A stretch of 64,000 bases of DNA from Alphaproteobacteria bacterium (lineage in GTDB: Bacteria > Pseudomonadota > Alphaproteobacteria > SP197): assembly GCA_964291415.2 (NCBI GenBank), contig OZ219918.1:1216001-1280000 (forward strand). The letters run 5' to 3'. Positions 41,258 through 51,648 of this stretch are shown in pieces. Each line of letters opens with the position of its first letter. Positions within the stretch are counted from its first letter, which is position 1. The position numbers and the translations under genes are program-made. Under the pieces are notes generated by a model, which saw only the letters and a program-made list of their open reading frames with translations, was not told the origin of the DNA and did not search any database.

Positions 41258-41913
41258 TCACTGAGCGTATCCTTCTCCCGATCGGGCGCGGCCTTTCTGC
41301 GACGTTCGCGGCCCCGGCAGGAGCCCGGCGGGACAGAAGCGCTCGGGGATCACGCAGCCGCCGATCTCGTCAGCCATCTCCCTCAGCATGCATTCCTCAT
41401 CCTCCAGGCGCTGAAGCTCCAAAGGACAGCCGCGGACACGGGCCTCCGCCAGGCGTTCGCATGTGGCGTCTTCCGCCTCCATGGCGGGAAAGCACGCGCC
41501 CATGCCCTGTGGCAGACTCGTGTCCTTCGTGACCGCCGTCCACGTGCCGTCTGCACGGCTCACCGGATCGATGCCCCAGTAGTCGTTCAGCCGGGCCCGA
41601 TGCGCCTTCTCCACCTCCTCAAGGCGCTCGGCCTCCCGGTCGTCACCGGCATCGCGTGCTTCTTCCCGGCGCTTCATCGTGGAGAAGACGTCATCGACCA
41701 TTTTCGTCAGCGCCGTCCGCACCCGTCCAGGCGCCTCGAAGCGGCGGATCGTGTCAACGGCGACCGCAAGGCGGTACACTTCTGTCTCCAGCAACTCCAA
41801 TGGCCTTTCGAGGAGACGGACCTCCTCGTGACGTCCGGCATCCCAGGCGTCGCGATAGCGGCCCGGAGGTCGTGCAGCTGCGCGTACATGATTTCCAGGC
41901 GGCGGGTGGACAT
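41258..41913 (-). pseudogene. hypothetical helical-repeat protein, frameshifted near 41855
   Basis: MSTRRLEIMYAQLHDLRAAI in one frame continues as RDAWDAGRHEEVRLLE in another. Confidence 0.45.
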
Positions 41914-42088
41914 GCCTGGCCCCGCGGTGTGGGTCGTCGGAGCGACAGCCTACCACGGCTGCAGGCCCTGTTCGAAGGGAAGGATGGCGCGAAGCCATCA
42001 CGTGACACCCGTCGAGAGCCTGGCCCCGAAGCCCGGTCCGGGCCGCACCGAAGGACCGATTGCGGCTCCGTGACCTCCAGCCTCGGGG

Positions 42089-45000
42089 CTACATCGAGAA
42101 GCCCCGCGATCGTCCCCGCCGCCGGGCCTCGCTCTCGCGGAGAGCCTCGGCCATCCGTTCGGACCGCTCATCCTCGTCCTCCCAGGGCGCGCGGACGCAT
42201 CCGCGCATGAAGAGGGCCCGCATCTCCTGGCGGACCGTCGAACCGGCCGCGGGCGCCGCGTCCGTCCCCCAGGAGCGGATCACCCGCAGCGTCACCATGT
42301 CGGAGACCCGGTTGTTGATGGCGGGCTCGACGGCCTCGACGACGGCCTCGATGAGGGGCGTGTCGCCCCCCCTGGCGTCACGCCCGCCCGCCGGATCGCG
42401 TACCAACGTCCAGCGGACGCGGTCGCCCGGGAGGACCCCGTCCTCGCAGGTGAGCGGGAAGGACGCATCGGCCTCAGGGTACTGGCGCCCGCATTCGCGC
42501 CGCCGCACCTCCTCGTCGGGCCACAGCATGCGCCGGCAGGTGGCGTTGGCGGCAAGGGTCCTGATCGTCTCGTTGAAGAGGACGCGCGTTTCAATGCCGC
42601 CGACGGGCCGCAGGCGCAGGTGATCGATCGTGCCGGGACCGGAGACGTGGCCCACGATCTCGACGAGAGTGTCGTGCCGGCCCTCGCCGTCGCGCCAGGT
42701 CAGCCGGTCGCCGCGCAGCAGCGGTTCGGTGCCGTCCCAGCGGATGCTGCGCGACGTGTCGAACGGCGCGTCGCGCAGTCGCCGCACGGCGTCGTCAATC
42801 GCGAGAAGATGGCCGCTGCGGCGGCGCGCCTCGCGCACCGCGTCGTCGTCGGCTAGGCGCCCGCGGAGCGCCTCCAGGATACCGGCGATGCGCTCGGGCC
42901 CGGCGCCGGCCGCGCGGACGTGCGCCTCTGCCAGGGCATCCGCCGTCCCGGCGTTCAGCAGGGCCTCGGCCCGGCGGCGCCAGACGTCGGGAATGGGCCC
43001 GGCCCCCTCGAGGCGGGGTTCGAGCGCCAGCGCCTCGGCGACGATCCCGGCCACCCGGCGCCGGTCTCCGTCCCAGCCCTCGATGGCGTTGCGCCACCCG
43101 ATGACCTTGGTCCGTTCGTCCGCGCTCAGGCGCGGATCGTCGCCGAGCTGACCCAGAGCCGTGCGCAGCGGCGCCAGGTGGACTGAATCGAGAGCATGGA
43201 CGCCATTCTCCCGCACGTCCCGGTCGAGGGCGTGCGACCGCCTCACGAAGACCCTGCGGCTGTCGTCGAGGAGCGCCGCGTCGAGCCGCGCCGCCGTGTC
43301 CTGGACGGCCTCCACCGCACCCGCCATGTCGCCGGCAGGGAGGCCCGAGGCGCGCCACGCCCCGGGCAGGGCCCGGCCTTCGGCGATGAGCGCCGCAACG
43401 TCGCGGCGCCAGCCGGGATCACCGGGTTCCGGCGCCGCAGTGTCGTGCCGGTCGACGCGCTGCCGCCAGACCGCGAGCGCCTCGAGGGCGGCGACCGTTG
43501 CCAGCCAGGAGGGAACGGCAGCGATTCGTTGTTCAAGAGCGGCGGCGGTCTCGCCGAGTGCAGTGAGGTGCGCGTTGCGTTCGCTGTCGGGGATGGCATC
43601 CACCGCCGCCGCGACCGTCCGGGCAGCGGCGGGAGCCGCGGCGCGCCAGGCCGCGCGGTCCGACTCCCGGCCATCGGCGAACCGGGGCCGGTTCGCCTCA
43701 ATCTCCGCGAGGCGGGCGAGGGCGGCGCGGAGACGTTCGCGGTCTTGCTGCCGCCGTGCGTCGCTGACGAGATGCGCGGCGAGGACTTCCAGGACCGGCG
43801 TACCGCCGGCCTCGCGCTCGACCGTGCCCCGGACCTCGTCCAGGAGACCCGGCCAGCCGGGCATGTCGAGAGACAGCAGGGCCCGTTCCGCCGCCTGCCG
43901 TTCGGTCTCCTCGACTCGCCAGAGCAGTGCGCCGTGGTCAACCGCGCGCATCGCGGCGGCGGTTCGCCCGAGAGCCTCCTCGATCGCCGCCCGCGTCTTC
44001 GGCATGGACCGCAGGAAGGGAGCTTCGGGCGTCTCGCCCGTCAGCACCGCGCGGGCCTCCCGCATCCAGGCGTCCGCCTCGTCGCGCCAGCTGACGATCT
44101 CCGCGGCCGCCGGATCGGTTGAGGAGTCGCCCGGGGCCTGCGCCAGCAGTGCCTCGGCGCGCGCCGTCAGGGACTCGAGCCTGGCGACAAGCGCGGTCTC
44201 GGCCGCGTGTCGGGCCTGCCACGACGCCACCTGTCGTGCGTCCTCGCCGGTCAGGCTTCCGGCATCGGCAAGCCGCTCGCCCTCCGACACCAGCTGCGCG
44301 TAGCCTGCCAGGGCGGCGACCGGCACGCCTTCGGCGTCCGCGCGAGCCTCCAACGCCCGCCAGTCGCGGGCGAAGCGCCGGGCGTCGTCGATGAGCCGCA
44401 CTGCCCTGAGGCGCCGGCCGGCATTCGCAAGCGCCGTTCCGTCGGCGACGCTCCGCGCCGCCGCCTCCAGCAGCGCCGCCCCGCCCTCGCGCCACTGCCG
44501 CCACGCCGGCAACTCGTCGGCGGCGCAGGCCTTGGCCGACGCCGCCCAGTTGAGCTCCGGCCAGCGCCGGGCGTGGTCCAGGAGACCGTCGACAAGGCGG
44601 CGGACCTCGCGGTCGGCCGCGCGGACGGCTTCGTGCTCGTGAAGGCGCGCGTCGACGAAGGCCCGCATCTCGTGCGGCAGGTCCTCGATCGCCGCGAAGG
44701 CCGCCAGCCCTGCCATCGCCTCGGCGTAGCCCGGGACCGACGAGGGTTCGCGCCCGGTGCGCTCGGCCTGGTGGTGGACCGCCTCCCAGGCGGCGACGGC
44801 GTCGGCCCACGCGTCTGGGTCGACCACCGGAGCGTCGAAGTCCTCGCCCAGCGCCTCGAGGGCGACGTCGGGGACGTCGGGTGAGGTCTCCAGGCGCTCG
44901 ATCAGCGCCTCGCGGTCGTCGGTCAGCAGCGTGAACCCGTGCGAGGCCCGGCTCACCTCGACGTAGAACATCTCCTGGTCCGCCATGCCGCCGGCGTCGA

Positions 45001-47671
45001 GCACCGCGATGACTTTCTTCGCCGTTCGCCCCTGGGCGGCGTGAACGGTGGAGCTCCAGGCGTGGTCGAGGTGGCGCAGCTGCGGATCTGCCCGGGAGAA
45101 CGAGACCTCGATGCCGTCGGCCGCCATCATGCGCACCCGCCGCGGCCCGATCGACATGATGCGCATCTCCTCGCCGTTGACGCACCCCGGCTTCCCGCGG
45201 CGGGGTCTGCGGTTCCGCGTCCAGCGGATGCGGTCGCCCGCCCGGATCTCGATCTGGGCCGTCTCGTAGACGGAGAGGTTGCGAGCGGCGTTGCCCGAGG
45301 GCCTGAAGCGCCGTTCCCCGCCGTCGGCGCCGATGAGGACGACCATGCCGTCCTCGAGCCTTGAAACGGTGCACGTGTCATCGGCCATGCAGCCGTAGGC
45401 GTTGCGGTGGAAGACGACCGTGTCGCCGACTTCGTAGTTGCCTATCTCGGCGGCCTCGACGCGGGTATGGCGCCGGTCGATCAGGCGCTCGATCACGAGC
45501 GTGCGGCCCGACAGCCTGTCTTCCCCGGCGAGGCCCTCGCGGACGGCCTCGTTGATCTGCCGGCGGATGGCGTGGGTGGGAGCCAGCACCGCGCAGTCGT
45601 CCCTCTCGTCCACAGGCAAGGCGAGCCAGGCGTGAGCCGCTGCGGCCCCGAGATCCTCTCTCGCGTGCTCGATCACCCGGTTTGCGAGACGGGTCACGGC
45701 CTCGCCCGCTTCGCCCTCGCGGGCGTGTGCGACTGCTGCCTTGAGTTCCGGGTCCTTCTGGCGCAGCACTTCGTCCATCACCGCCGTCGTCATGCCGGCC
45801 TTCTGCATCAGCGCGAAGGGCTGGCCGGCGTCAACGGCCTTCAGCTGCGCCGTGTCGCCCACCAGCACCACCCGGGCGATTCCCAGATTGCCGGCGATGG
45901 CGAGCAGCCGCTCCATCTGCACCGTGCCGATCATCGAGGCCTCGTCGACCGCCAGGACGGTGCCGGCCAGCTCCTCCCGGGCCTGCGCCAGTCGTTCGGG
46001 CTCGAGATCGCCGTAGCGCACGAGGAACCACTGGAGTGTGCGTGTCGGAATGCCCGTCTCCCTGGCCAGCACCCGCGCCGCGGCCGTCGAGGGTGCAAGA
46101 CCTGTGAGAGAGTCTCTGCCGACGAGGTCCGCCACTGCGCGAAGCATCGTCGTCTTGCCAGACCCGGCGCGGCCCTGCACGCCGACGGTGCGGTCGCCCT
46201 CGCCGACGATGTGGCGCACCGCGTCCGCCTGGCCCGACGTCAGCGACGTCCCGGCAAGGCGCGTCGCGACCGTCTCCGGTTCGGCGAAGGCCTCGGCCAT
46301 CGCCCTGCCTTCCTTCACCATCTTGAGGATCCGTCGCTCCGCCTTCACCGCGCGGTCGGTGACGAACGAGCGGTCCGAGCCGCGCTGGACGGTCTCCACC
46401 AGTTCCCCGTCCGCCACCAGGCGTTCGATCGCCTGGTCGATTTCTTCCAGGCGATAGCGACCCGGCGCGTGGCCCAGCGCCAGCATGCGGATGTCGCGTT
46501 CCGGGATGATCGTGCGTCTCTCCTCGACGTGGGCGACCGCGCGGGCCACCGCCTCCAGGCACCCGGTCTCCGGCTCCGGGATCATCTCCGGCGGCGCAGC
46601 CGGCCGCCGCCTCGTTTCCAGCGGCGGCGCCTCCACCACCGGCGTGAGGTGAGGCACGGCCGGCGACCGGCGGCGACGGCGCCTTTCGTTCTTGGTTAGA
46701 TCCGCCTCCAGAGGCAGCGGCCGCGGCATCTCCTGGCCCGTTTCCGGATCGACCGGCCGCGGAGGGCTGAGCGCCGCCGGATCGCGGGCGAGGCCGAGGG
46801 CCCGGGCACGGTCCCGCCACTGAGGCACCAGTTCGGCCAGCCCTGCCTCCACCTTGCGCCGGCGCGTGTGGAGCGTCGCCTTCTGCGTCGCCTCCTTCGT
46901 ATGGGGAAGGCCGTGCTTCTCCAGGTAGGCCAGGATCTCGCGGCGCCGCCCGGAGAAGGCGTCGAGGAACGCCTTGTCGTAGCCCGCCAGCTCGAACCCC
47001 GGCACCGAACCCACCATGGTCGGCGTCACCGCCAACCTCAGCGCCTCCAGCCGCGCCGCCAGCCCGTTGCGGTAGTGCGCCCCGATCAGCCTCTCGCTCC
47101 TTCTGATGAGCGTCGGCTCGATGCTCTTCCAGGCGCCCTCACGGTCGCGCGTCATGTTCGCCAGGACGCAGTGGGTGTGGAGCTGTGGGTCGAGGTCGCG
47201 GCTGGTGAGGTGGCGAAAACCCGCCACCACCATGCCGTGGGCCTTCACCCGGGGACGCCGTTTCGTCGTTGGATCCCAGCCGCGGGTCTGCAGGAGGTCG
47301 CGCTCGATCCAGTCGAGCGTCGCGCGCACCGCCTCGTCATGGGCGCGGATGACCCGGGCATCGCCCATGACCAGCGCCTCCAGCGACACCGATTTTGGCG
47401 CCGACAACGTGATGTCCCAGCCAGGGCGGTGCTGCCGCGTGCCCTCGACGAGGCGGCCCAGGCGGATATCGCTCTTCGGCACCTTGCCTGAGAGCACCGA
47501 TTCGAAGCGCGACGGCACCACGTGGCCCCTGAGGTTGAGAGCCGCCGCCGCGGTGCCGTGCCAGAAGCTCGCCTTCCTGTGCTCCGGGTCGTTCTTCGCG
47601 TAGTAGCCGTCCTTCTCGAAGTACGACACCGCCGTCGCCGTCGAGGCCAGCTCGTGGACCGTCGCCACCAT
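42089..47671 (-). CDS. MobF (TrwC/TraI-type) relaxase-helicase with long C-terminal extension
   Basis: YFEKDGYY tyrosines, DITLSAPKSVS, HLTSRDLDPQLHTH (3H motif), GRAGSGKT, DEAS, STVHAAQG. Confidence 0.93.
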   Translation of the reverse strand: MVATVHELASTATAVSYFEKDGYYAKNDPEHRKASFWHGTAAAALNLRGHVVPSRFESVLSGKVPKSDIRLGRLVEGTRQHRPGWDITLSAPKSVSLEALVMGDARVIRAHDEAVRATLDWIERDLLQTRGWDPTTKRRPRVKAHGMVVAGFRHLTSRDLDPQLHTHCVLANMTRDREGAWKSIEPTLIRRSERLIGAHYRNGLAARLEALRLAVTPTMVGSVPGFELAGYDKAFLDAFSGRRREILAYLEKHGLPHTKEATQKATLHTRRRKVEAGLAELVPQWRDRARALGLARDPAALSPPRPVDPETGQEMPRPLPLEADLTKNERRRRRRSPAVPHLTPVVEAPPLETRRRPAAPPEMIPEPETGCLEAVARAVAHVEERRTIIPERDIRMLALGHAPGRYRLEEIDQAIERLVADGELVETVQRGSDRSFVTDRAVKAERRILKMVKEGRAMAEAFAEPETVATRLAGTSLTSGQADAVRHIVGEGDRTVGVQGRAGSGKTTMLRAVADLVGRDSLTGLAPSTAAARVLARETGIPTRTLQWFLVRYGDLEPERLAQAREELAGTVLAVDEASMIGTVQMERLLAIAGNLGIARVVLVGDTAQLKAVDAGQPFALMQKAGMTTAVMDEVLRQKDPELKAAVAHAREGEAGEAVTRLANRVIEHAREDLGAAAAHAWLALPVDERDDCAVLAPTHAIRRQINEAVREGLAGEDRLSGRTLVIERLIDRRHTRVEAAEIGNYEVGDTVVFHRNAYGCMADDTCTVSRLEDGMVVLIGADGGERRFRPSGNAARNLSVYETAQIEIRAGDRIRWTRNRRPRRGKPGCVNGEEMRIMSIGPRRVRMMAADGIEVSFSRADPQLRHLDHAWSSTVHAAQGRTAKKVIAVLDAGGMADQEMFYVEVSRASHGFTLLTDDREALIERLETSPDVPDVALEALGEDFDAPVVDPDAWADAVAAWEAVHHQAERTGREPSSVPGYAEAMAGLAAFAAIEDLPHEMRAFVDARLHEHEAVRAADREVRRLVDGLLDHARRWPELNWAASAKACAADELPAWRQWREGGAALLEAAARSVADGTALANAGRRLRAVRLIDDARRFARDWRALEARADAEGVPVAALAGYAQLVSEGERLADAGSLTGEDARQVASWQARHAAETALVARLESLTARAEALLAQAPGDSSTDPAAAEIVSWRDEADAWMREARAVLTGETPEAPFLRSMPKTRAAIEEALGRTAAAMRAVDHGALLWRVEETERQAAERALLSLDMPGWPGLLDEVRGTVEREAGGTPVLEVLAAHLVSDARRQQDRERLRAALARLAEIEANRPRFADGRESDRAAWRAAAPAAARTVAAAVDAIPDSERNAHLTALGETAAALEQRIAAVPSWLATVAALEALAVWRQRVDRHDTAAPEPGDPGWRRDVAALIAEGRALPGAWRASGLPAGDMAGAVEAVQDTAARLDAALLDDSRRVFVRRSHALDRDVRENGVHALDSVHLAPLRTALGQLGDDPRLSADERTKVIGWRNAIEGWDGDRRRVAGIVAEALALEPRLEGAGPIPDVWRRRAEALLNAGTADALAEAHVRAAGAGPERIAGILEALRGRLADDDAVREARRRSGHLLAIDDAVRRLRDAPFDTSRSIRWDGTEPLLRGDRLTWRDGEGRHDTLVEIVGHVSGPGTIDHLRLRPVGGIETRVLFNETIRTLAANATCRRMLWPDEEVRRRECGRQYPEADASFPLTCEDGVLPGDRVRWTLVRDPAGGRDARGGDTPLIEAVVEAVEPAINNRVSDMVTLRVIRSWGTDAAPAAGSTVRQEMRALFMRGCVRAPWEDEDERSERMAEALRESEARRRGRSRGFSM

Positions 47672-47677
47672 AGCCCG

Positions 47678-48442
47678 CTACCCCTGCGTTGCCGCCGGCA
47701 GTGGCCAGGGCATCAACCCCGTCGCAGGGCGCGCGAATTGACCCGCAGACCCGTCAAGGTGCTGGATCACGAAGCCGGTCATCATGCCGGCAGAGAACGT
47801 GAAGCCGAGGAGGAGGGGGATGGCACTCGTGTGAAGCCGGAAATCGGTCCTGTGCTGCGCCAGCGCCTGTTCGAAGCGCCCGAGCCGCGCGGCGAGCGAG
47901 GCCGTTCCCTTCACGAGGTCGCCCAGCGTCCGTGTCTGGCCGGTCCGCGCCTGGCGCGCGTGCTCGCTGTGCGCCGCCAGGCGCAGTGCGGCGACGGGGG
48001 CCGTGACGGCATCAGTCATGGCACCGAGGCGGTGGTCGTGCTGCTCGCGCGTGCGGGCTACCCTGTCGAGCGTGCCGCCCTGGGCCTTGAGGTCGGCGCG
48101 GATGCCCGCAGCGCGCGTCGCCCCGGCCGCATCGAGTTCGGTGCCGGGACCGGTGACGGCCACCGGGATCCGCCGTACCGAGGCTGTCGGTTCCACGTGC
48201 CGCGCCGAAGCGTCGCGCCCGGCAGCGTCGATCCGCCCCGAAAGACGGCCAGGCGCGTCGATGCAGGCCTGCAACGTCGCCGGTTGGTTTGCCGTTGCCT
48301 GATGTTGTGCTGCGCATTCGCCGGCGATGAGAGTCGTGAAGCCGGCGACCGCGGCCAGGAGCGCGCCGAGCGTCTCCCGGTCGGCGACCGCCAGGCGCTG
48401 TGCGGGTTCAAGCGGGCGAAGAAGGTCCCTTCTTTCTGTCAT
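47678..48442 (-). CDS. hypothetical coiled-coil protein with C-terminal TM helix, upstream of the relaxase
   Basis: ORF with GGAG RBS, ends 6 bp before the relaxase ATG, TM segment AIPLLLGFTFSAGMMTGFVI. Confidence 0.55.
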   Translation of the reverse strand: MTERRDLLRPLEPAQRLAVADRETLGALLAAVAGFTTLIAGECAAQHQATANQPATLQACIDAPGRLSGRIDAAGRDASARHVEPTASVRRIPVAVTGPGTELDAAGATRAAGIRADLKAQGGTLDRVARTREQHDHRLGAMTDAVTAPVAALRLAAHSEHARQARTGQTRTLGDLVKGTASLAARLGRFEQALAQHRTDFRLHTSAIPLLLGFTFSAGMMTGFVIQHLDGSAGQFARPATGLMPWPLPAATQG

Positions 48443-49056
48443 GGCGCATCTCCCCGGTCATGACATCAGCCGTCTTCCTCCCTGCCCTGACAGGGATGCA
48501 CACAAGAGCCAGAAGAATGCAACCATTGAGTGGACGAGGGGGTAGAGCGTGCTCCTCGTCGACATCAACTGCACCAGCAGCCCGGCGGTTGGCAGCTGTC
48601 GTGCGACAGGAGCGGGCGAGATGGCGGCCGTGGTCGACAGTGCCAAGTGAAAACGCGGGGACCGTCCCGATCCCGGGGCCATCGTGGGCAGACGGGCGGT
48701 CGTGACGTCCAGTCCAGACCTGTGATCTGTACATCCAGGGCGCGGGTTGCCATTTGAAATCGCTGACCACGCTTGACGCCAAGAAGTCGGCCATCCGACA
48801 GGCAGACGCTTTTGGAAGGACTACCGAGGAAGCATGTCCGGGCTGACTACCGTGCCGCGCCGATCATCCCGCGGTCTCCCGAGCGGCAAACCCGGCCAAA
48901 AGGGAACATCATCGCGAAATCCGGCGCTCGACCGGGACAGGCCGGCGGATGGCAGAGGATGCGTGTCGGCCGACACGTGCCGCGAGACCCGACAGCTCCG
49001 CAACGGGCCGAAGAGAACCTAAGGGCGGGCACATTGCGGCGGGTGGCACCCTGATT

Positions 49057-49480
49057 GGAAGTCATCCGCCGGCCGCGGCGATCGACGTGCAGAGCGTGGG
49101 GGCGACGGAGGGGGGATCGGGAGGGCCGTCCGGACATGAAGCGGGCAGGAAGGGTAGGGGACGCAGGCGTCACTTGGCGGTGGACACCGAGGGTTCGCTG
49201 ATTGTCCTCACCAGATGCACGGTGGACATTCAGGTCCGGAACGCGATTGCGGATGTGCGAGTGAGTCTCCTGCGAAAGGCGCCCGGAATCGCGAGGGTGT
49301 TGCCGACGGCGTCCATCGGGGAAACCCGGGCCGCGCGACGCCGTGGCTCGCCGACGCCTTTCGGAGCTGATCGAGATTGTTGCAAGACCGAAGGATGTCA
49401 GGGCGCCCACCCGACCTCGCCGAGGCTGGGCGTCGGAGCGAACGGTTGCCCGGAAGGGCCGATGTCGGCGCCTGACAAAG
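49057..49480 (+). pseudogene. IS5-family transposase relic
   Basis: PPAAAIDVQSVGATEGGSGGPSGHEAGRKGRGRRRHLAVDTEG matches the IDSQSVK...GYDAGKKIKGRKRH..VDT.G pattern. Downstream part is frameshifted. Confidence 0.7.
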
Positions 49481-50257
49481 GCGTCGATCGCACCGGGAGA
49501 GGGCTTTGGCGTGGGCCCGGCCGCATGTCGCTTCCGCATGCGCCGGACCGCAGGAGAGTCACATGCATGAATCACCGAATACACTATTGTCGACCACGTG
49601 TGCGTCAACCGCGGAGGAACGGCGGGATTCACGTGAACGCCTGCATGACGGCGAATTGCTAACCTCAAGTCGAAGCAGCGGACAAAGTGGGAGACGTCAG
49701 TACCGCCGCCATGGACAACCAAGGCTGGCAAATCCCGAGTGTCGTGCCCAGAGCTAGAACAGAGAAGGTATGAAAAAATAGTGAAAAACTACCACACTGG
49801 AGGAAACAACACACAATACATACATACCACGCACTATAGTGTTCGCCCAGATCATGCAATCCGGAAGGCAGAAGGAATTGAAGTACATCACTCAAGCAAG
49901 TCCGGCTCTATCCCTCGTGGTTGGCATTCCGGCGGCAGCTGATGATGTTTCGCAAGGAAGCCGTGTTTGCCCGCGATGGGGTGTGCGAGAAACTACAAGA
50001 AAAGAAGATACACCGTCATCGGCCAATTGGACCCCCGTGGATGCGCAGCCAGCGCACCAGCGCTTGGTCATGGCCGATGTCCCGAGGGGACCCCGTCAGA
50101 ACAGCCGGGTCAAGACACGAAACCATCCCGGCTATGTCAACCGTGTGACGCTCAACTAACGGACATGCCATGAGCCAGATCCCCCGCAAGGGCGCAGGAC
50201 TCCGCATAGCATCTCAGAGTGTGTTGGTTCCGGTTTTGCCGGGTTAGGGAAAATGCC

Positions 50258-50470
50258 ATGAAAGAGAATGTTATTTCAGCTACCGCAATGTTGGCAATGG
50301 CACTATGCGGCACGGTTGCGTTGGCACAGGACTCGACGGACCTCACAACACGACAGATCACCTCGGAAAGTGACCCCCAGAACGGCAGCACGGAAACTCA
50401 AAGCATCGGTGGAATAAAGTGGTTTTGCGAAAAATATCCTGATTCACGAGCGTGCAACCCGGACAATTGA
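50258..50470 (+). CDS. small secreted peptide with C-terminal C-x8-C loop
   Basis: Sec signal MKENVISATAMLAMALCGTVALA, Ser/Thr-rich linker, WFCEKYPDSRAC. Confidence 0.6.
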   Translation: MKENVISATAMLAMALCGTVALAQDSTDLTTRQITSESDPQNGSTETQSIGGIKWFCEKYPDSRACNPDN

Positions 50471-50472
50471 AT

Positions 50473-51024
50473 ATGTACCACCAACAAGTCCTCGATTTGC
50501 TCGAACAGATTGCAAAGATACTCGGTGTCGTTGTCGCACTCGTGTCTGCTGCGATAGTGTGGTGTGAGTACACGGCCAATCAGAACAACGAACGCATCAA
50601 TAGAACATTGCAGTTCTCGGAAGCATATCGGTCCGGTAGTTTTCTGGAGACTAGGAAAGAGCTTCATAAGACAGTTGATCGCGCTATTTACGATAAAACC
50701 GGTTCGCAACGTGATTGGGACGAGTACGCTGAGGCTTTAGTTGCTATGTTGGATCGCGGCGAACCCTTCATCAGCTATGAAATTGTTCTGGAATCGTTTG
50801 ATGAACTTATGCGATGCACTATCACCGAAGTCTGTGATGTGAAAACAGCGACTGACCTTTTTGCGGAAGAAGCATGCTTTCTCGTCACTGTTCTGTTTCC
50901 GGCTATCGAAGGACGGATTAAGACGACGCATGCGGAACATGCGTCAGGACTACGTTACTTTGCGGACAAGTACATTGAGAACGGCACAAAGCCGTGTGTT
51001 GCTGTATCCGCTCTCAATGGTTGA
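50473..51024 (+). CDS. single-TM hypothetical protein (possibly DUF4760-like)
   Basis: N-terminal TM ILGVVVALVSAAIVW then a helical domain. Starts 2 bp after the peptide gene. Confidence 0.55.
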   Translation: MYHQQVLDLLEQIAKILGVVVALVSAAIVWCEYTANQNNERINRTLQFSEAYRSGSFLETRKELHKTVDRAIYDKTGSQRDWDEYAEALVAMLDRGEPFISYEIVLESFDELMRCTITEVCDVKTATDLFAEEACFLVTVLFPAIEGRIKTTHAEHASGLRYFADKYIENGTKPCVAVSALNG

Positions 51025-51252
51025 TTTCAGGTGCTGTCGTGTCAGCAATGCTAGACATTTTGAGCGCGCCAGCCTTCGCGGTTGAGCTGCAGAGTTGGAA
51101 CTGTTGGGGCAACGTCGCACCGTGGGAGACCACATCTACAGGTCGAGCCTTGGCTATTGTTAGAGCAGTTCGCGCGGTCGATCTATGTGGACCTCAACCT
51201 GTGGGCTTGCGCGGCGTTGTGCGCCCGCGTCCACTTGAAAGGAGAATGACCG

Positions 51253-51645
51253 GTGTTCGTGCAGAATCTGAATGAGCGCCAACAGGGCGTCTTGCTTCAC
51301 TACGCCGATGAAGTGATGCGCGTGGATCACAAGATCGACGCTGCGGAACTGTTGGCGATGGACATGCTCCGAAATCAGACGGAGCCCGGTGTGAAAGCCG
51401 AGGATGTGGCGATCGAAGCGCTGCCAGGACTGTTCGAGGACAGACTGAGCCGCGTGTCCTTCCTTCTGGAACTGGTTGGCATGGGCTATGCCAACACGGA
51501 CTTCCATCCCGAACAGTCGGAACTCATCACCCAGATCGCACGCGTGTTCGGCCTCCACGAGAACGGCACGAAAGAAGCCGTCGAACAATGGGTGAAGGAC
51601 GAGATTGCCCTGATGAATAAGGCCCGGCAGTTGATGGAGGGCTGA
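51253..51645 (+). CDS. TerB-like protein
   Basis: MFVQNLNERQQ start and two TerB-like helix-loop motifs (VDHKIDAAE, ANTDFHPEQ..LI..IA..FGL). GGAGA RBS. Confidence 0.65.
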   Translation: MFVQNLNERQQGVLLHYADEVMRVDHKIDAAELLAMDMLRNQTEPGVKAEDVAIEALPGLFEDRLSRVSFLLELVGMGYANTDFHPEQSELITQIARVFGLHENGTKEAVEQWVKDEIALMNKARQLMEG

Positions 51646-51648
51646 AGG

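Noticed and set aside
51103-51110. GTTGGGGC upstream of the TerB-like gene as the partner TSD of GTTGGGCC next to the patatin-side IS66 end
   Set aside because: Only a 7/8 match with no IS end beside it, so likely chance. It does not prove the proposed inversion.
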